A stretch of DNA of 64,000 bases from Pelagomonas calceolata (Eukaryota). Below, piece after piece: positions 60,546 through 64,000 of this stretch (positions are counted from its first letter, which is position 1; every line of letters begins with the position of its first letter). The notes under the pieces are model-generated. The model did no database searches. It was not told the DNA's origin and saw nothing but the letters and a program-made list of their open reading frames with translations. The position numbers and the translations under genes were made by a program. The stretch spans positions 496,001-560,000 of the forward strand of contig CAKKNE010000004.1 of NCBI GenBank assembly GCA_918797485.1. Direction: 5' to 3'.

Positions 60546-62443
60546 TTAGTCCGATAGCGACGAGAAGCCGCAAACTTGTGGATCCATGTAGAGCAGGTCC
60601 GGCGCCCGGTAGTTCCCGAAGCCTTCATCTCTACAAAAGTCCCAGTCGCAGAACTCCGGCAGGCCGTGCGACTTCAGGTCGTCCATGTCGCCGTTCACTC
60701 GTAACTGAAACGCATACGTCGACACGGGCAGGTCGAAGAAGACGGAGAAGCGCTCCTCCTTCCTACCAGGATCGTCGGCCACGAGTTCCCTACGCGTGAG
60801 CATGGGCACGCCGTCGCCGTGCATCGCCAATAAAGTTGATGATACGGCTGCTATCTGAGAATGGCATCCCTCGATGCCGACGTGCTCGTCGAGGAACGGG
60901 TCGTAGTGGTTCCAGTCCAAGCCACCTTGCTGCTCCCGCAAAAACCGCACGAACCCCTCGAAGTCGGACAGCGAGAGCTCACCTTGGCCCCGCGGAAGTT
61001 CTGCACTTAACCCGGACGGTTTTGATAAATGGACGTAGTGGTTCGTGTACTTCGAGACCCCATCCGCCTGTTCTAGCCTGTGTGGAAATCAAAATTTTAC
61101 GGCGCGTTCGTGCCGAATCATCGCGTCATCCTTCACGCCATCGACGCGCCGCCTGCTCGATGGCGTGGCGATGCCAGTTCCTCATCGCTCGACGGGCAGA
61201 ACGGCAGCGCACCCGACACACTGGTTGATTTCCACACAGGTGCTAACGGTAAAGCGACCCAAGCCTCGTCGTCAGAATCCGGGAAATCCGTCAACGGTTC
61301 GTGTTTGAGCCACTTCCTCAGAAACAGAGCATCTCTGATGGGGTCCGTGGACGCGACGTGCGTATGAGCAGATCTAGTGATATTGACCAGCCCGTCGTCC
61401 CCAATAGTACCAGTCTGCCCCTCCCAATAGGGCCAGCCGGCGGTATAGTCCGACGTTTCCGCGTTCGTCTGCGTTATAAATAATTTTTCATTAAACCGAG
61501 GTTTTCCGCAGAAAATGTACGGAGTGTCGCTCCCGCACGAGGTGCTCCCGAACTGCCAGGCCGGCAGCTTGACCGGATATCGCAACGATTCATCCTTCTC
61601 GACGCGCGAGAAGGCGTCCTTGGCGACTTGGCTGTTGGCGGCGACGGCTGTCGTTTCAATTATTTTTCCGTCTGGGGTCAAAGTTCGGACAATATAGAGA
61701 TCAGTCTCCCGCTTCTTCTTAGCGTTATGATCTTGTATGACACCGACGCCCTTGAGCAACCGATAGGGCCAGCCGAACTTCCTTAGGTTGTCGCGCGCGC
61801 CCCAGACGGCTCGTTCTATACCCGTGACGTCGAAGACACCTACTTTCTGGCCCGAGAACTGGTTATCTGTCAAAGCTGTTTGGACATGCAAGTCATGTAT
61901 ACTAGAGAAGACCTCCTCCGCACTGAGAGATAGGGTCCGACCGTTCACGGTAGCGGTATTCCTCTCTTGATTCCCACTATTCCAGACGATGTGCATCTCG
62001 TCGTCGGCGGGCTGGTGTTTGAGGGACATCCACCGCCGTTGCACGACCGAACACCCGGTAGGCCCCAGATAGCTATAAGAGGGAAACGCCGGGTCAGCGT
62101 CGTAGTCGCGGAACCGCTCCAACATATTCATCCCCCACCACAAAGCATCGGCGGTCTCGTCCATGCGTTGTCTAGTAGAGGCCATGACCGTCCACTTGCC
62201 GAAGTGGCCCATCTGGAGCGGTTTTGCGCCTTTCACAGGTTGGATGAGGTCCACGGTGGAGGGGGGCAGGGCGTCTTCCATCGTTGTGCGCGGCTCCACG
62301 GTCCGGCCGCCTCTACTTAACGCTACCACCCCAAGCGTAGCTGCTACCGCGGCGGCGGCCTGCCAGCGGGACCGGCGCTTGGTTGTGGGGCTGCTGCCGC
62401 CGAGGAGCGGCGCCGCCTCCTCCATGGCACTTTGATCGGCCAT
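60546..62443 (-). CDS. Type II membrane protein of unknown function, tandem paralog 2, join(60546..61077,61248..62443)
   Basis: Splicing 61078..61247 gives WVALPLEQADGVS, collinear with WVALPLEQVDGVS in paralog 1. Confidence 0.85.
61077..61240. mobile_element. Introner element with a perfect 16-bp TIR
   Basis: CCTGTGTGGAAATCAA...TTGATTTCCACACAGG; absent from paralog 1. Confidence 0.9.
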
Positions 62444-62899
62444 GGGCTGCCTGAAACCGCTGCCCGCGTCGCGTCAAGCGCTGCCCGACGACTGCTGCTG
62501 TGGCGGCGACCGTGCGGATGGGCCGCGCGGGGGCGACGCGAGCTCCAAAGGCCGCGCCTCGTCGCGTTTTGGCAAAGGGCGGCGGCCGAGAAACCAAGGA
62601 AATTGAGCTACGAGCTTGTAGCCTTTAGGAGGTGTTGTGTGGCCGGGGGCCCTAGGAGCTGTCGCACGAGGCTGTGGGACGGGTGCACCCGTCCTAGTTC
62701 GCAAACGCGTCTGCGGTCTCTCCCTGGTCCTTGTCTTGCTCTCTGTCGCAGTTCTACCCAGCGGCTGGGCTGCAACGTCGGAACCGCTGCTCGTGGCGCC
62801 GATCCGCGCCCCCATACTGTCCCCACGCGCTCCGCTCGACTTTGCAGCCGCGTCGCCCGAACCGGCGCATCTGAACCGCCTGACCCAAGGTCACGAACG

Positions 62900-63937
62900 A
62901 TGCCGCTCGCCGGAAGACTCGGGGAGATAGAAGACATCCTCGCGTTACATGAAGAGGCGGCGGCCGAGCAGGCTAGCGGCGCGACCCATTGCGTGTTTAC
63001 GCAAGTCGCGTGCCGCGCCAAAGTCGGCTTCGCGATATATGAGTTGCAGCTTTTAAGTAAGGATGGCACGCACTCGGGATCGAAGTTCGCCGCGAGGTGC
63101 AAGGAACTCTTTGGGGAGAAATTCGAAGATAACGAAGCCTGGCTCTCGAAGTGCGCCTCGCACGTGGGAGGGAGGTATGGAGGTATGAAGAGGTTCTGCG
63201 AATTTTTGGAGGACACGGACATCAAGATTGGGTGTGGCTACAAATCTATCCAGAACGCGATCAACTATTTCCACACGCTCCTAGATGCCTTTGCAGAGAA
63301 GTCGCCGGTCGCCTCCCAGTACCTGGCTTCGGACGTCCGCGTGTGCTACTATGATTACAAGATGCCCGGTTTCGTGGAAGCCTTCGCCTCGTGCATGGCG
63401 GACACGTTCGACTTCACGAAGCTGACGGAACTAGTAAAGTACTGCGAGGAGCAGCAGAAGGCCGCCGCGCTCGTGACGCTCTCTGATCAAGCCGGGTGCC
63501 CGGTCTCCGCGCTCGACGGCTGGGACGCGAAGGTATTAGGTCATCCTCAAACGTACTGGTTCCGAGACCCGAGCGGCAACGAGTACGTTTCGCTCGAGGC
63601 GGCCGCCGAGGCCGCCGCCTCGCTCCTCTCGGAGTCGGAGACGGAGTCGTCGTCGAACAAGCGCAGTCGGCCGGACGATGATGCCGACGACGCGCCGTCC
63701 TCGAAGCGCCTGCGGGGCGGCGGCTATGACAAGCACTCCACGCTCGTTCGGGTCTGCAAAAGGGCCGGCATCACGCACACGGACCAGATGGACACGGCCG
63801 AGCTGGAGCAGAAGATACGCTTCTGGGTCGCCGCGCACAACCCGCCGTCCGTTCCGCTCGCGAAAATGGCGGCTAGGATGGCGGGCGCGGGGAGCATGCT
63901 CGTTTTGGCCATCGAAGCCGTGGTGTATTATTCTTGA
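62900..63937 (+). CDS. Hypothetical protein with an MBD-like segment and a C-terminal hydrophobic tail
   Basis: 345-aa ORF; GWDAKV...TYWFRDPSGNEYVSLEAA resembles MBD; internal RLRGG. Confidence 0.6.
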   Translation: MPLAGRLGEIEDILALHEEAAAEQASGATHCVFTQVACRAKVGFAIYELQLLSKDGTHSGSKFAARCKELFGEKFEDNEAWLSKCASHVGGRYGGMKRFCEFLEDTDIKIGCGYKSIQNAINYFHTLLDAFAEKSPVASQYLASDVRVCYYDYKMPGFVEAFASCMADTFDFTKLTELVKYCEEQQKAAALVTLSDQAGCPVSALDGWDAKVLGHPQTYWFRDPSGNEYVSLEAAAEAAASLLSESETESSSNKRSRPDDDADDAPSSKRLRGGGYDKHSTLVRVCKRAGITHTDQMDTAELEQKIRFWVAAHNPPSVPLAKMAARMAGAGSMLVLAIEAVVYYS

Positions 63938-64000
63938 TCGCATGTCGTGGTGCGAACGTGTCTTCCTTTCGTTGTTAATTATAAGAAAAAATAGAAAATG

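Overview
GC-rich, gene-dense eukaryotic nuclear DNA with few introns. It most likely comes from a pelagophyte alga such as Pelagomonas or Aureococcus. This is inferred from a stramenopile-type LHC gene, ASAFAP-like plastid targeting peptides, introner-type introns and a MYND-RING-TPR family gene. The window holds about 40 protein-coding genes or fragments, many of them housekeeping: NEK kinase, acyl-CoA synthetase, LHC, CDC20-like, eIF4E class II, cathepsin, ERI1-like, RPL9, SAMHD1-like, ferredoxin, Sec61 alpha and FKBP-MsrA. No rRNA, tRNA or CRISPR array was recognised. The main observations are: (1) a 22-24 bp quasi-palindromic motif, GCTAGCG-N2-4-GTAAGRCACTAGS, found 8 times, always within about 250 bp upstream of a start codon; (2) introner-type introns with terminal inverted repeats (TIRs), inserted in either orientation, one present in only one of two tandem paralogs; (3) a 3.9 kb cassette between two 115 bp direct repeats, carrying a broken HNH-like gene and a 654-aa orphan gene; (4) two adjacent genes sharing a SAM-like N-terminus, fused to either AP2 domains or five NUMOD1-like repeats plus Tudor-like and PHD domains; (5) dispersed non-coding modules and gene-fragment junctions indicating active rearrangement. 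All calls are by-eye motif recognition; no database search was run.
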